Assembly: GCA_910577045.1 (NCBI GenBank)
Contig: CAJTLB010000009.1
Location: 19,561 to 83,560, forward strand
Direction of reading: 5' to 3'
Source: an uncultured Lachnospiraceae bacterium
GTDB taxonomy: Bacteria > Bacillota > Clostridia > Lachnospirales > Lachnospiraceae
DNA: 64,000 nucleotides
Of the stretch, positions 44,443 to 53,666 are shown one piece after another. A program made the translations under genes and the position numbers. The notes beneath the pieces were generated by a model. The model saw only the letters and a list, made by a program, of their open reading frames with translations. It did no database searches and was not told the origin of the DNA. How positions within the stretch are numbered: position 1 is the stretch's first letter; every line of letters starts with the position of its first letter.

Positions 44443-45825
44443 TTATTGTGCACTAATTGTTACATCAAATTCAATCTCAATATATCCTTCCCGTCCCATG
44501 CGCATTACTTTAATATGCACTGTATCACCAGAATGATGGTTTTCCAAAAGATTACGGAATACCCTCATATTACGTACTTCTACTCCCCCAAAGTCTACTA
44601 ACACATCCCCACTCTGGACTCCTGCCTGATAAACTGGGGAGCCTGCTACTGCTTCTGTAATATAAACTCCCTCTGGCAGCCCTGTTTCTTTTGCAATATC
44701 TGCGGTTACATCCTGCCCCCGGATCCCAAAATATACTATTTCTTGATCATTAGACAACCGTTCTATCACCCCTTTTAAATCGGAAATCGCGAGTGCTGTT
44801 GTAATGCCATTTGCTGCATCACTTTTATAGGTTTTTGTAATAATACCCATAATTTCCCCCTTAGTATTAATTAAAAAACCCCCGCCTGTCGGCCCCTCTA
44901 AAATATCTGTATTAATGACCCGATAATTAATATCAACTGCCTGGGCCGTATTTTTTACAGAAGAAACAATCCCATACGACATAGAATAATTATAGCCAAA
45001 GGGGTTCCCTACTGTTATTGCAATTTCCCCCTGTTTCATTGTATAAGAATTTCCTAATACAGCTACTGGATATAAAGTTAAATCCTCCCCTAACTGGCCT
45101 GTATCAATGACTAGCACAGCTAATCCTGATACAGGATCTGTTTTTCTTAATACTGCTTCACATTCTACTCCATTTAAAAATGTCACCCATATATTATCAG
45201 CCGAGTGTAATACCTTCCCATCTGTCAGAATTAATATCTCTGAATCTGTTTTATTAAAAATAAGCCCTGCCGCCTCATCCTTTAATTCATATGGTTTATT
45301 AAACAAATCCAGCTTGCTTTCTGCAGAAGTAACTGTTACAATCGACTGGTTGACCGATGCCACCACCTCATACATAGCACTATAAAGTGTTTTATAATCT
45401 TCCAATGTCAAACTTCTCTCTGACAATACACTTTCTACAATACTTTCTATTGGCTCTGTGGTTTCTGTTTCTGTCTCTGTTTCCGTTTCCTTCTCTGTCG
45501 CCGGCTCTGTAGACGGCATACTGCTTTGCGGCTCTGAAGCGGTAGGCAGCTCATCTCTTGGTATGGTAATTGATTCCCGCACATGGTCATCCTCTCTTTT
45601 GTCCCTCGGCACATACAAAAGCACAAGGGCAAAACTTACCCCCGCGGTAATCCCGAATATCATTGCCAAAACCATTGTCTTAAGAATCTTCAACAGCCAC
45701 CGTTTCCTGCCTGACTGTTTCACAATTTGCTCTGTGACAAAAGGAATCTCCCGAGGAATTTCCTTTTGTCCATCCCCATTTTTGTCAGCCATACGTTTCT
45801 CCTTTGCATCCCCGGACTGGAACAT
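44443..45825 (-). CDS. Membrane-anchored HtrA/DegP-like trypsin-fold + PDZ protein, catalytic triad apparently degenerate
   Basis: 460 aa with an N-terminal TM helix, an acidic (ET)n linker, a trypsin-like fold and a C-terminal PDZ (GVYITEAVAGSPVYQAGVQSGDVLV). Aligned by eye, the triad positions read K/G/G rather than H/D/S (see finding). Confidence 0.75.
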   Translation of the reverse strand: MFQSGDAKEKRMADKNGDGQKEIPREIPFVTEQIVKQSGRKRWLLKILKTMVLAMIFGITAGVSFALVLLYVPRDKREDDHVRESITIPRDELPTASEPQSSMPSTEPATEKETETETETETTEPIESIVESVLSERSLTLEDYKTLYSAMYEVVASVNQSIVTVTSAESKLDLFNKPYELKDEAAGLIFNKTDSEILILTDGKVLHSADNIWVTFLNGVECEAVLRKTDPVSGLAVLVIDTGQLGEDLTLYPVAVLGNSYTMKQGEIAITVGNPFGYNYSMSYGIVSSVKNTAQAVDINYRVINTDILEGPTGGGFLINTKGEIMGIITKTYKSDAANGITTALAISDLKGVIERLSNDQEIVYFGIRGQDVTADIAKETGLPEGVYITEAVAGSPVYQAGVQSGDVLVDFGGVEVRNMRVFRNLLENHHSGDTVHIKVMRMGREGYIEIEFDVTISAQ

Positions 45826-45968
45826 ACCTTTATGTACTATTATACTAACATTTTATGAACATTTTATGAATGAATGTTAAAAAACTATATTCAAATAGTA
45901 AAAATTCGTGTATACTGTAACAGAACATGAAAAAATATTGTTATAATTCTGTTATGAAAGGAACAGTT

Positions 45969-48332
45969 ATGAACGAAAAAGTATTAAAAACTCTTGAATT
46001 TAACAAGATACTTTCTCAGCTTGAGGAATATGCTTCTTCTGAGGCTGCTAAACATATGTGCCATAACCTAACTCCATCTACTGATATAGAAGACATTAGG
46101 ATAAACCAGTCACATACCAGTGATGGCTTACGCCGTATTTTCCAAAAAGGAAGTATCTCTTTTTCAGGTATCCGGGATGTACGCGCATCCCTGAAACGTC
46201 TTTCTATTGGAAGCGTACTTGGCATGGGAGAATTACTTGCTATTAGTTCTTTATTAGACGTAGCTGGGCGCGTAAAAGCTTTTTCCAGGAACCCAGACAC
46301 AGATGCGCCAGAAGATTCACTAGATGCCTTTTTTTCTGCATTAGAGCCTCTAACGCCACTTAATAATGAATTAAAACGTTGCATTATTTCCGAAGAAGAA
46401 ATCAGCGATGATGCAAGCCCTGGCCTTAAAAATATACGCCGCCAGATGCAGCTTGCAAACGAACGGATAAGAAGCCAGTTAAATTCTATGGTAAACAGCC
46501 AAACTACCCGTACTTACCTACAGGAAAATGTTGTTACTATGAGGAATGGAAGATATTGTATTCCTGTAAAGCAAGAATACCGTGGGCAAGTCCCTGGCAT
46601 GATCCACGATCAATCTTCCACTGGTTCCACCTTATTTATCGAACCTATGGCGATTGTAAAACTAAACAATGACCTAAAAGAATTTTCCTTAAAAGAACAG
46701 GAAGAAATTGAAAAAGTCCTTTCTGAATTAAGTAATTTAACCGCGGCCCATATAGAAGAAATAGAGGAAGATTTCCACTTGCTTACCCAATTAGACTTTA
46801 TTTTTGCAAAAGCTTCCCTCTCCCGTTCTTATCATGGAAGCGAGCCTATTTTTAATACAAAAGGCATTATCCGCCTTAAACAAGCAAGGCATCCATTGTT
46901 AGATGCAAAAAAGGTAGTCCCTTCTGATATCCATTTAGGTGAAGACTTTAGCCTTTTAATTGTTACTGGCCCAAATACTGGCGGAAAAACAGTATCTTTA
47001 AAAACGGTTGGCCTGCTTACCTTAATGGGACAAGCAGGGCTGCATATCCCCGCATTTGATGGCTCTAAACTTGCTGTCTTTGAAGAAGTTTATGCCGATA
47101 TTGGAGACGAACAAAGTATAGAGCAAAGCTTAAGTACCTTTTCTTCCCATATGACAAATATTGTATCTATCTTGGAAAAAGCAGATTATAAGTCTTTAGT
47201 ACTTTTTGACGAACTTGGTGCTGGTACAGATCCCACAGAGGGTGCCGCGCTTGCTATTTCTATCTTATCTTTCCTTCACAATATGCAGATAAGGACTATG
47301 GCAACCACCCACTACAGCGAATTAAAATTATATGCCCTTTCCACAGAAGGAGTAGAAAATGCTTGTTGTGAATTCAATGTGGAGACCCTCCGCCCTACTT
47401 ACCGCCTATTAATTGGCATCCCGGGAAAAAGTAATGCGTTTGCTATTTCAAGCAAACTTGGGCTTCCTAATTTTATTATTGAAGAAGCAAAAAAACATGT
47501 TACAGAACAAGATATTGCCTTTGAAGATGTTATTGCCGACTTAGAAACCAGCCGGATTACTATTGAGCAAGAACGAAAAGAATTAGAACATTATAAGGCA
47601 GAAATAGAAGATTTAAAAAAGAAGCTGGAACAGAAACAAGAACAGTTTGATAAGCAAAAAGAACGGATTCTACGTGAGGCAAATGAAAAAGCAAGAGATA
47701 TTTTACAAGACGCAAAAGACTATGCAGATGAAACTATACGCAAATTTAATAAAGGCCTTTCTGGTAAAGAAATGGAACAAGAACGAAACAAAGTACGTGA
47801 AAAACTTTCTTCTGCCAATGAAAAATTAGCCTATAAAACTAAAACAGTGAAGAAAAACAACAAAGCCGAAGATTTCCACATAGGAGATGCCGTAAAAGTA
47901 TTATCCTTAAACCTTACTGGGACAGTAAGCACATTGCCAAATGGGAAAGGAGACCTCTTTGTGCAAATGGGAATCCTCCGGTCACAAGTAAATATAAAAG
48001 ATTTGGAACGGATTGATGAGCCAGTTATTACTGGGCCAAATTTATCCCGTACTTCCTCTGGTAAAATCAAAATGTCAAAAACAGCAACTATTTCACCAGA
48101 AATTAACCTAATTGGTAAAACAGTAGACGAAGCACTGTCTGTCCTAGACAAGTATTTAGATGATGCTTACCTATCCCATTTATCACAGGTACGGGTTGTA
48201 CATGGCAAAGGCACTGGGGCACTCCGCCAAGCAGTCCATTCCCATTTAAAACACCTAAAAAATGTAAAGTCATACCACCTTGGTGCTTTTGGAGAAGGCG
48301 ATGCCGGCGTGACTATTGTTGAATTCAAATAA
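45969..48332 (+). CDS. mutS2: Endonuclease MutS2 (MutS domain + C-terminal Smr)
   Basis: Walker A GPNTGGKT, DELGAGTDP, a coiled-coil region and a C-terminal Smr domain (VRVVHGKGTGALR). The start is trimmed to MNEKVLKTLEFNKIL. Confidence 0.92.
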   Translation: MNEKVLKTLEFNKILSQLEEYASSEAAKHMCHNLTPSTDIEDIRINQSHTSDGLRRIFQKGSISFSGIRDVRASLKRLSIGSVLGMGELLAISSLLDVAGRVKAFSRNPDTDAPEDSLDAFFSALEPLTPLNNELKRCIISEEEISDDASPGLKNIRRQMQLANERIRSQLNSMVNSQTTRTYLQENVVTMRNGRYCIPVKQEYRGQVPGMIHDQSSTGSTLFIEPMAIVKLNNDLKEFSLKEQEEIEKVLSELSNLTAAHIEEIEEDFHLLTQLDFIFAKASLSRSYHGSEPIFNTKGIIRLKQARHPLLDAKKVVPSDIHLGEDFSLLIVTGPNTGGKTVSLKTVGLLTLMGQAGLHIPAFDGSKLAVFEEVYADIGDEQSIEQSLSTFSSHMTNIVSILEKADYKSLVLFDELGAGTDPTEGAALAISILSFLHNMQIRTMATTHYSELKLYALSTEGVENACCEFNVETLRPTYRLLIGIPGKSNAFAISSKLGLPNFIIEEAKKHVTEQDIAFEDVIADLETSRITIEQERKELEHYKAEIEDLKKKLEQKQEQFDKQKERILREANEKARDILQDAKDYADETIRKFNKGLSGKEMEQERNKVREKLSSANEKLAYKTKTVKKNNKAEDFHIGDAVKVLSLNLTGTVSTLPNGKGDLFVQMGILRSQVNIKDLERIDEPVITGPNLSRTSSGKIKMSKTATISPEINLIGKTVDEALSVLDKYLDDAYLSHLSQVRVVHGKGTGALRQAVHSHLKHLKNVKSYHLGAFGEGDAGVTIVEFK

Positions 48333-48355
48333 TCTTTATTTGTATGGGAGGAATT

Positions 48356-49060
48356 ATGGCTGTAAAGCAAAAAATATTAATTGTAGATGATGATGTCAAT
48401 ATTGCAGAACTAATTTCTTTGTATCTACTAAAAGAATGTTTTGATACAATGATTGTAAACGATGGGGAAGAAGCTCTTTCTGTTTTTCCTACTTACCAGC
48501 CAAACTTGGTATTACTCGATCTTATGCTGCCAGGCATGGATGGCTACCAAGTCTGCCGGGAATTGCGGAAAGACTCCTCTGTCCCAATTATTATGCTTTC
48601 TGCGAAGGGTGAGATCTTTGACAAAGTATTAGGGCTGGAATTAGGCGCTGATGACTATATTATCAAACCTTTTGACTCTAAAGAACTTGTAGCTAGGGTA
48701 AAGGCTGTTTTGCGCCGTTACCAGCCTACTGTACAAGAACCAGAAATCCCCAAAGGGAACTATGTAGAATACCCTGATTTAATTATTAACCTTACCAATT
48801 ATTCTGTATTATATAAAGGCAACTCTGTAGAAATGCCACCTAAGGAATTAGAGCTTTTATATTTCCTTGCCTCTTCCCCCAACCAAGTGTTTACTAGGGA
48901 ACAGCTTCTTGACCATATTTGGGGCTATGAATATGTCGGGGATACCCGTACTGTAGATGTACATATTAAAAGGCTCCGCGAAAAAATTAAAGACCATGAT
49001 AATTGGAGCTTATCTACAGTTTGGGGGATTGGCTATAAATTTGAGGTGCGCACAAGATGA
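48356..49060 (+). CDS. OmpR-family response regulator
   Basis: Receiver domain (ILIVDDD...LDLMLPGMDG) plus a winged-helix trans_reg_C domain (...TVWGIGYKF). The ATG follows SD GGGAGG. Confidence 0.9.
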   Translation: MAVKQKILIVDDDVNIAELISLYLLKECFDTMIVNDGEEALSVFPTYQPNLVLLDLMLPGMDGYQVCRELRKDSSVPIIMLSAKGEIFDKVLGLELGADDYIIKPFDSKELVARVKAVLRRYQPTVQEPEIPKGNYVEYPDLIINLTNYSVLYKGNSVEMPPKELELLYFLASSPNQVFTREQLLDHIWGYEYVGDTRTVDVHIKRLREKIKDHDNWSLSTVWGIGYKFEVRTR

Positions 49061-50463
49061 GAGGGACCGTTTACACCAAATTTATTATTGGCTACCTTCT
49101 TTTTGGGCTATTTAGCTTCCTTACCATTGCTATCCTAACTTCTAACTGGACTTTTAAACATCTGGCAAAGGAACGTGCTCAAGAGCTCTATAATGAAGCA
49201 AACTTAATTGCCAACCAATATGGTTCTGAATACTATAATAACCAAATGACCCGTTCTGAGGTGTCCATTCAGCTTAAGGCTGTGGATACCTTTTTGAACG
49301 TACAAATTTGGATGGTGGATACAGAGGGAAATATTATTATTAATACTAGGGACTCTTCTCTTACTACCTCGGCAATCCCTGATTTTGATCCGGCGTTTAT
49401 TGGAAGAAGCCTGTACCAAATTGGTTCCTATTATAATATGTTCCCAGAAGAAATGATTACGGTATCCGCCCCAATTACTTCCAATTTTAGGACTAGGGGA
49501 TATATTATTATCCATTCCTCTATCCGATCTTTAAAAAGCGCGAAAGATGCCTTATTAAATATTTCTTATATTACGTTACTTGTAATATTCCTTTTATCCT
49601 TAATCTTTCTTGTGGTATTTACTATTATTATCTACCGCCCACTTAAAAAGATTACGGCTGCCGCCAATGCCTATGCTGCAGGCGATTTAAAATATAAGGT
49701 AAACTGCCATAGTAATGATGAAATGGGGTATCTGGCTGCCACGCTAAACTATATGGCACATGAATTAAATAAATCAGAAGAATACCAAAAAAACTTTATT
49801 GCCAATGTCTCCCATGACTTCCGTTCTCCGCTTACTTCTATTAAAGGCTATGTGGAAGCAATGAAAGACGGGACAATCCCCTATGAAATGCAGGAAAAGT
49901 ATTTAGATATTGTTATTTTTGAAACAGAACGGCTGCGGAAACTTACAAGCAGCCTTCTTACCTTAAACTCCTATGACTCACGTGCCGTATTATTAGATAT
50001 TAGTACTTTTGATATTAACCAAGTCATTAAAAATACTCTTGCTGCCTTTGAAGGCATTTGCGGCAAGAAGAAAATATCTTTTGTGCTCACTCTAGATGAA
50101 AAGGTTAAGCTGGTTTCTGCTGATATGGGGAAAATCCAGCAAGTCTTATATAACCTTATTGACAATGCCATTAAATTTAGCCACAATAATTCTTCTATAA
50201 AAATTACTGTAAGTGAGCTAAATGGAAAGGTATTTGTGTCTGTGAAAGATAGTGGGATTGGCATACCAAAAGATTCCATTGGGAAGATCTGGGATCGGTT
50301 TTATAAAACGGATTTATCCAGAGGAAAAGATAAGAAAGGGACTGGGCTAGGGCTTTCTATTACAAAAGAAATTATCCAGAGCCATAATGAAAATATAGAC
50401 GTAATTTCTACAGAAGGGGTTGGGACAGAATTTATTTTTACACTTCCAAAACAGAAAAATTAA
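49057..50463 (+). CDS. Sensor histidine kinase (two TM helices, HAMP, HisKA, HATPase_c)
   Basis: 468 aa with H-box SHDFRSPLTSI, N-box DNAIKFS and G-boxes DSGIGIP and GTGLGLSI. It overlaps the regulator stop by 4 nt. Confidence 0.9.
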   Translation: MRGTVYTKFIIGYLLFGLFSFLTIAILTSNWTFKHLAKERAQELYNEANLIANQYGSEYYNNQMTRSEVSIQLKAVDTFLNVQIWMVDTEGNIIINTRDSSLTTSAIPDFDPAFIGRSLYQIGSYYNMFPEEMITVSAPITSNFRTRGYIIIHSSIRSLKSAKDALLNISYITLLVIFLLSLIFLVVFTIIIYRPLKKITAAANAYAAGDLKYKVNCHSNDEMGYLAATLNYMAHELNKSEEYQKNFIANVSHDFRSPLTSIKGYVEAMKDGTIPYEMQEKYLDIVIFETERLRKLTSSLLTLNSYDSRAVLLDISTFDINQVIKNTLAAFEGICGKKKISFVLTLDEKVKLVSADMGKIQQVLYNLIDNAIKFSHNNSSIKITVSELNGKVFVSVKDSGIGIPKDSIGKIWDRFYKTDLSRGKDKKGTGLGLSITKEIIQSHNENIDVISTEGVGTEFIFTLPKQKN

Positions 50464-50464
50464 A

Positions 50465-50495
50465 AAGGGATCGGAAAATTTCCGATTCCCTTTCG
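50465..50495. terminator. Bidirectional terminator between the histidine kinase and trmL
   Basis: GGGATCGGAAA / TTTCCGATTCCC hairpin, flanked by an A-run and a T-run. Confidence 0.6.
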
Positions 50496-50497
50496 CT

Positions 50498-50995
50498 TTA
50501 TTCCCTCCACTGCAACCGATGTAACTGTCCTTCTGTCTGCATAGCCAAAAACTCATGCTGGCGCAATGCCTCATATAACAAAACCGCTACCGAATTTGAT
50601 AAATTTAGCGACCGGATTTCTTCTTTCATAGGTATCCGCACTGAGGTTTCTTGGTATTGTAACAAAATTTCTTCTGGTATCCCAGCACTTTCTTTTCCAA
50701 ACATAAGATAGGCATTATCTGGATATTCCACTTCTGTATATAGTTTCCTTGCCTTTGTAGTTGCCATAAATAAAATAGCCTCTGGGTTTTTTTGGAGAAA
50801 ATCTTTAAAATTCTCATAAACTGTTACATCTAAATCCTTCCAGTAATCCAGCCCAGCACGTTTTAATTCTTTTTCTTCTAAACGAAAGCCAAGCGGTTTT
50901 ATTAAATGCAGCCTGCTCCCTGTTGCTACACAAGTCCTGCCAATATTTCCTGTATTAGCAGGAATCTCTGGCTCCAATAATACAATATTTATCAT
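50498..50995 (-). CDS. trmL: tRNA (cytidine/uridine-34 2'-O)-methyltransferase TrmL (SpoU family)
   Basis: 165 aa. MINIVLLEPEIPANTGNIGRTC...FGKESAGIP...IPM...RSLNLSNSVAV is the canonical TrmL/YibK sequence. Confidence 0.85.
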   Translation of the reverse strand: MINIVLLEPEIPANTGNIGRTCVATGSRLHLIKPLGFRLEEKELKRAGLDYWKDLDVTVYENFKDFLQKNPEAILFMATTKARKLYTEVEYPDNAYLMFGKESAGIPEEILLQYQETSVRIPMKEEIRSLNLSNSVAVLLYEALRQHEFLAMQTEGQLHRLQWRE

Positions 50996-52161
50996 TGTCT
51001 TTCCTCCAAACGTTTTACAAAACGTTCTAAGCGTCCCAAAGCACGCTTTAAGTCTTCTAGGGAATACGCATAAGAAATCCGCAAAAATCCTTCTCCACAG
51101 CTTCCAAATGCTGTTCCAGGCACAATCGCCACTTTTTCTTCATTTAACAGCCGAGTTGCAAATTCATCTGAAGTAAGCCCAAATTTCTTAATACATGGGA
51201 ACGCATAAAATGCCCCAAATGGCTCAAAGCAGGAAAGCCCCATATCACGCAAGGTATGTACTAAATATCTCCGCCGTTGGTCATAGGATTCCCGCATAAT
51301 TTGAATATCTTTATCCCCATTTTTTAATGCCTCTACCGCAGCATACTGGCTATTGGTCGGCGCACACATAATGGCAAATTGATGGATTTTTAACATTTGC
51401 TCCATAATTTCAGCAGGCCCTGCCGCATAGCCTAAACGCCATCCTGTCATAGCATAAGCTTTTGAAAACCCATTAATTAAAATTGTCCTTTCTTTCATCC
51501 CTGGAAAAGATGCAATAGACACATGAGGCGTGCCATAAGTTAATTCTGAATAAATTTCATCTGACAACACCAAAATATCTTTTTCTATAATAACTTGCAC
51601 AATTTCCTCTAAGTCTTTTCTTTCCATAATTGCGCCAGTTGGGTTATTTGGGAATGGAAATACTAATACCTTTGTTTTCGGCGTAATATGGGAAAGAAGC
51701 TGTTCTTTTGTCAGCCTGAATTCATTTTCTTCTTTTAATTCAATAATAACAGGAGTTGCCCCCGCCAATACTGCACATGGCAAATAAGATACAAAGCTAG
51801 GCTGTGGGATTAAAACCTCATCACCAGGGTTAATTACTGCCCGGAACACAAGGTCAATCGCTTCGCTCCCACCCACTGTTATAATAACTTCTTTCTGGCT
51901 GTTATACTGGATTTGGCTGCGCCTAGCCAGATAATTACAAATCTCCTCCCTTAATTCCTTTAGCCCCGCATTTGACGTGTAAAAAGTCCTTCCTCTTTCC
52001 AAAGAATAAATCCCTTCCTCACGGATATGCCATGGCGTATCAAAATCTGGCTCCCCTACCCCTAAGGAAATCGCATCTTTCATTTCACTTACAATATCAA
52101 AAAATTTTCTAATGCCCGAAGGCTCTATCCCTATAATTTTATCTGATAAAAAATTCCTCAA
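50992..52161 (-). CDS. Class I/II PLP-dependent aminotransferase (AspC-like)
   Basis: 389 aa. NNPTGA and the PLP-lysine motif SFSKAYAMTGWRLGY are present. Confidence 0.85.
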   Translation of the reverse strand: MRNFLSDKIIGIEPSGIRKFFDIVSEMKDAISLGVGEPDFDTPWHIREEGIYSLERGRTFYTSNAGLKELREEICNYLARRSQIQYNSQKEVIITVGGSEAIDLVFRAVINPGDEVLIPQPSFVSYLPCAVLAGATPVIIELKEENEFRLTKEQLLSHITPKTKVLVFPFPNNPTGAIMERKDLEEIVQVIIEKDILVLSDEIYSELTYGTPHVSIASFPGMKERTILINGFSKAYAMTGWRLGYAAGPAEIMEQMLKIHQFAIMCAPTNSQYAAVEALKNGDKDIQIMRESYDQRRRYLVHTLRDMGLSCFEPFGAFYAFPCIKKFGLTSDEFATRLLNEEKVAIVPGTAFGSCGEGFLRISYAYSLEDLKRALGRLERFVKRLEERQ

Positions 52162-52640
52162 GGCGTCACCAACATCCTTTCATCCCGGACACTATCTACT
52201 AATATAGTACCATGGTCTTTATATTTCTTTAATACAAAATGTGTTGCTGTACTTAAGATTGCATCCATAGGCGCAAGCTTGTCAGAAACAAATTGTGCTA
52301 CTTCACGCATAGTCCTTTCCTCAATAATTACAGTAAAGTCAAACCCGCCTGACATTAGATACACAGCATTTACTTCTGGGAAATTATAAATACGCTCTGC
52401 AATTTTATCAAAACCTTGTCCCCTTTGTGGCGTCACTTTTACTTCAATAAGGGCTGTTACTTTCTCTTCCCCAGTATTATCCCAATTAATTAATGTATGG
52501 TAGCCGCAGATAATTTTTTCTTTCTCCATATCAGCAATTTCATTTGCAATGGCTGTTTCTGGCTCACCAAGCAACAATGCCAAATCCTTTATATCAATCC
52601 TGCTGTTTTTTTCTATAACAGCTAAAATTTTTTCTCTCAT
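52158..52640 (-). CDS. Lrp/AsnC-family transcriptional regulator
   Basis: 160 aa with an N-terminal HTH and a C-terminal RAM/ACT-like domain. It is coupled by a 4-nt overlap to the aminotransferase, which is a common gene pair. Confidence 0.85.
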   Translation of the reverse strand: MREKILAVIEKNSRIDIKDLALLLGEPETAIANEIADMEKEKIICGYHTLINWDNTGEEKVTALIEVKVTPQRGQGFDKIAERIYNFPEVNAVYLMSGGFDFTVIIEERTMREVAQFVSDKLAPMDAILSTATHFVLKKYKDHGTILVDSVRDERMLVTP

Positions 52641-52642
52641 AC

Positions 52643-53641
52643 TTAATTGTCCTCTTCTCCTAATTCATTCATTTTTGGCAGTTCTAAGAAACGCTTTTCT
52701 TCCCCATTTAATAATACTCGTTCACTTTTATCTGTTAAAACGCCTATTACAGTAGAAGGGATCCCCGCATTTAAAAGCTCCCATTTTAATTGCTCCCCAT
52801 GTTCTACTACTATTAACAGGCTTCCTGCTGATGGTAGTTTATAAGGGTTTTTATGATAAAGCTCACAAATTTCTATTGTTTCTTGTTTTATTGGAATATC
52901 CTTTGCCCTTACTTCTAAACCTAGGCCTGCCCCTTTTGCAAGTTCCCAAAGCGTCCCAAAGATACCACCTTCCTCTATAGGAAGCATGGCTTTTACACCA
53001 TGCTTAACCGCGACTAAAGCCTCTGGTACAACAGATATATACTTCAGCAATTTCTGTGCATTGCCTAAAAATACTGGGGTAAAATGGCTTAAAAGCTCCT
53101 TCTCATACTTCCTTGCAAGCAATACTGTGGATTCTATTGCTATCCATTTTGTAAGTAAAAGTTCCTGCCCTGCTTCTATTTTATAATAAGGTTCTTCTGT
53201 TTTAACAGCCCCTATTCCATTTAACACTAAATATGGCGCATATACAAATGATGACGATTCTATTTTCCCTGGAACTAAAGAAATACCAAGTTTTTCTGCT
53301 TCTTCTTTTAAAGAACTCATTAACGCCTTTAAATCCGATTCCATAAATGCCAAAGGGCACAAAAGTTGAACCTGTACCGCCACAGGTTTTGCACCCATGG
53401 CAGCACAGGCATTCACCGCCCGGTGAAAAAGAATTTTACCTGATATATCCCTATTATAGGGTGATGAATCCCATAAAAGAAAATCTGCCTCAGAAGAAAC
53501 TATTGTATATGGTTCCCCAGTTTTAAATATATTCCCTATTCTTCCCAGCCCTACCCCAGAAACGATATTTTCCTTCCTAGTTACTATTCCTTTTAATACA
53601 GAACGCTCCCAAACAGGCTCTGATAATTTTCCTTCCTTCAT
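52643..53641 (-). CDS. AIR synthase-related (PurM/ThiL/HypE superfamily) protein
   Basis: 332 aa. The two-domain PurM-like pattern is recognisable by eye only, and the exact family is uncertain. Confidence 0.7.
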   Translation of the reverse strand: MKEGKLSEPVWERSVLKGIVTRKENIVSGVGLGRIGNIFKTGEPYTIVSSEADFLLWDSSPYNRDISGKILFHRAVNACAAMGAKPVAVQVQLLCPLAFMESDLKALMSSLKEEAEKLGISLVPGKIESSSFVYAPYLVLNGIGAVKTEEPYYKIEAGQELLLTKWIAIESTVLLARKYEKELLSHFTPVFLGNAQKLLKYISVVPEALVAVKHGVKAMLPIEEGGIFGTLWELAKGAGLGLEVRAKDIPIKQETIEICELYHKNPYKLPSAGSLLIVVEHGEQLKWELLNAGIPSTVIGVLTDKSERVLLNGEEKRFLELPKMNELGEEDN

Positions 53642-53666
53642 ACCCCTATCCTATCTTTCCTAATCT

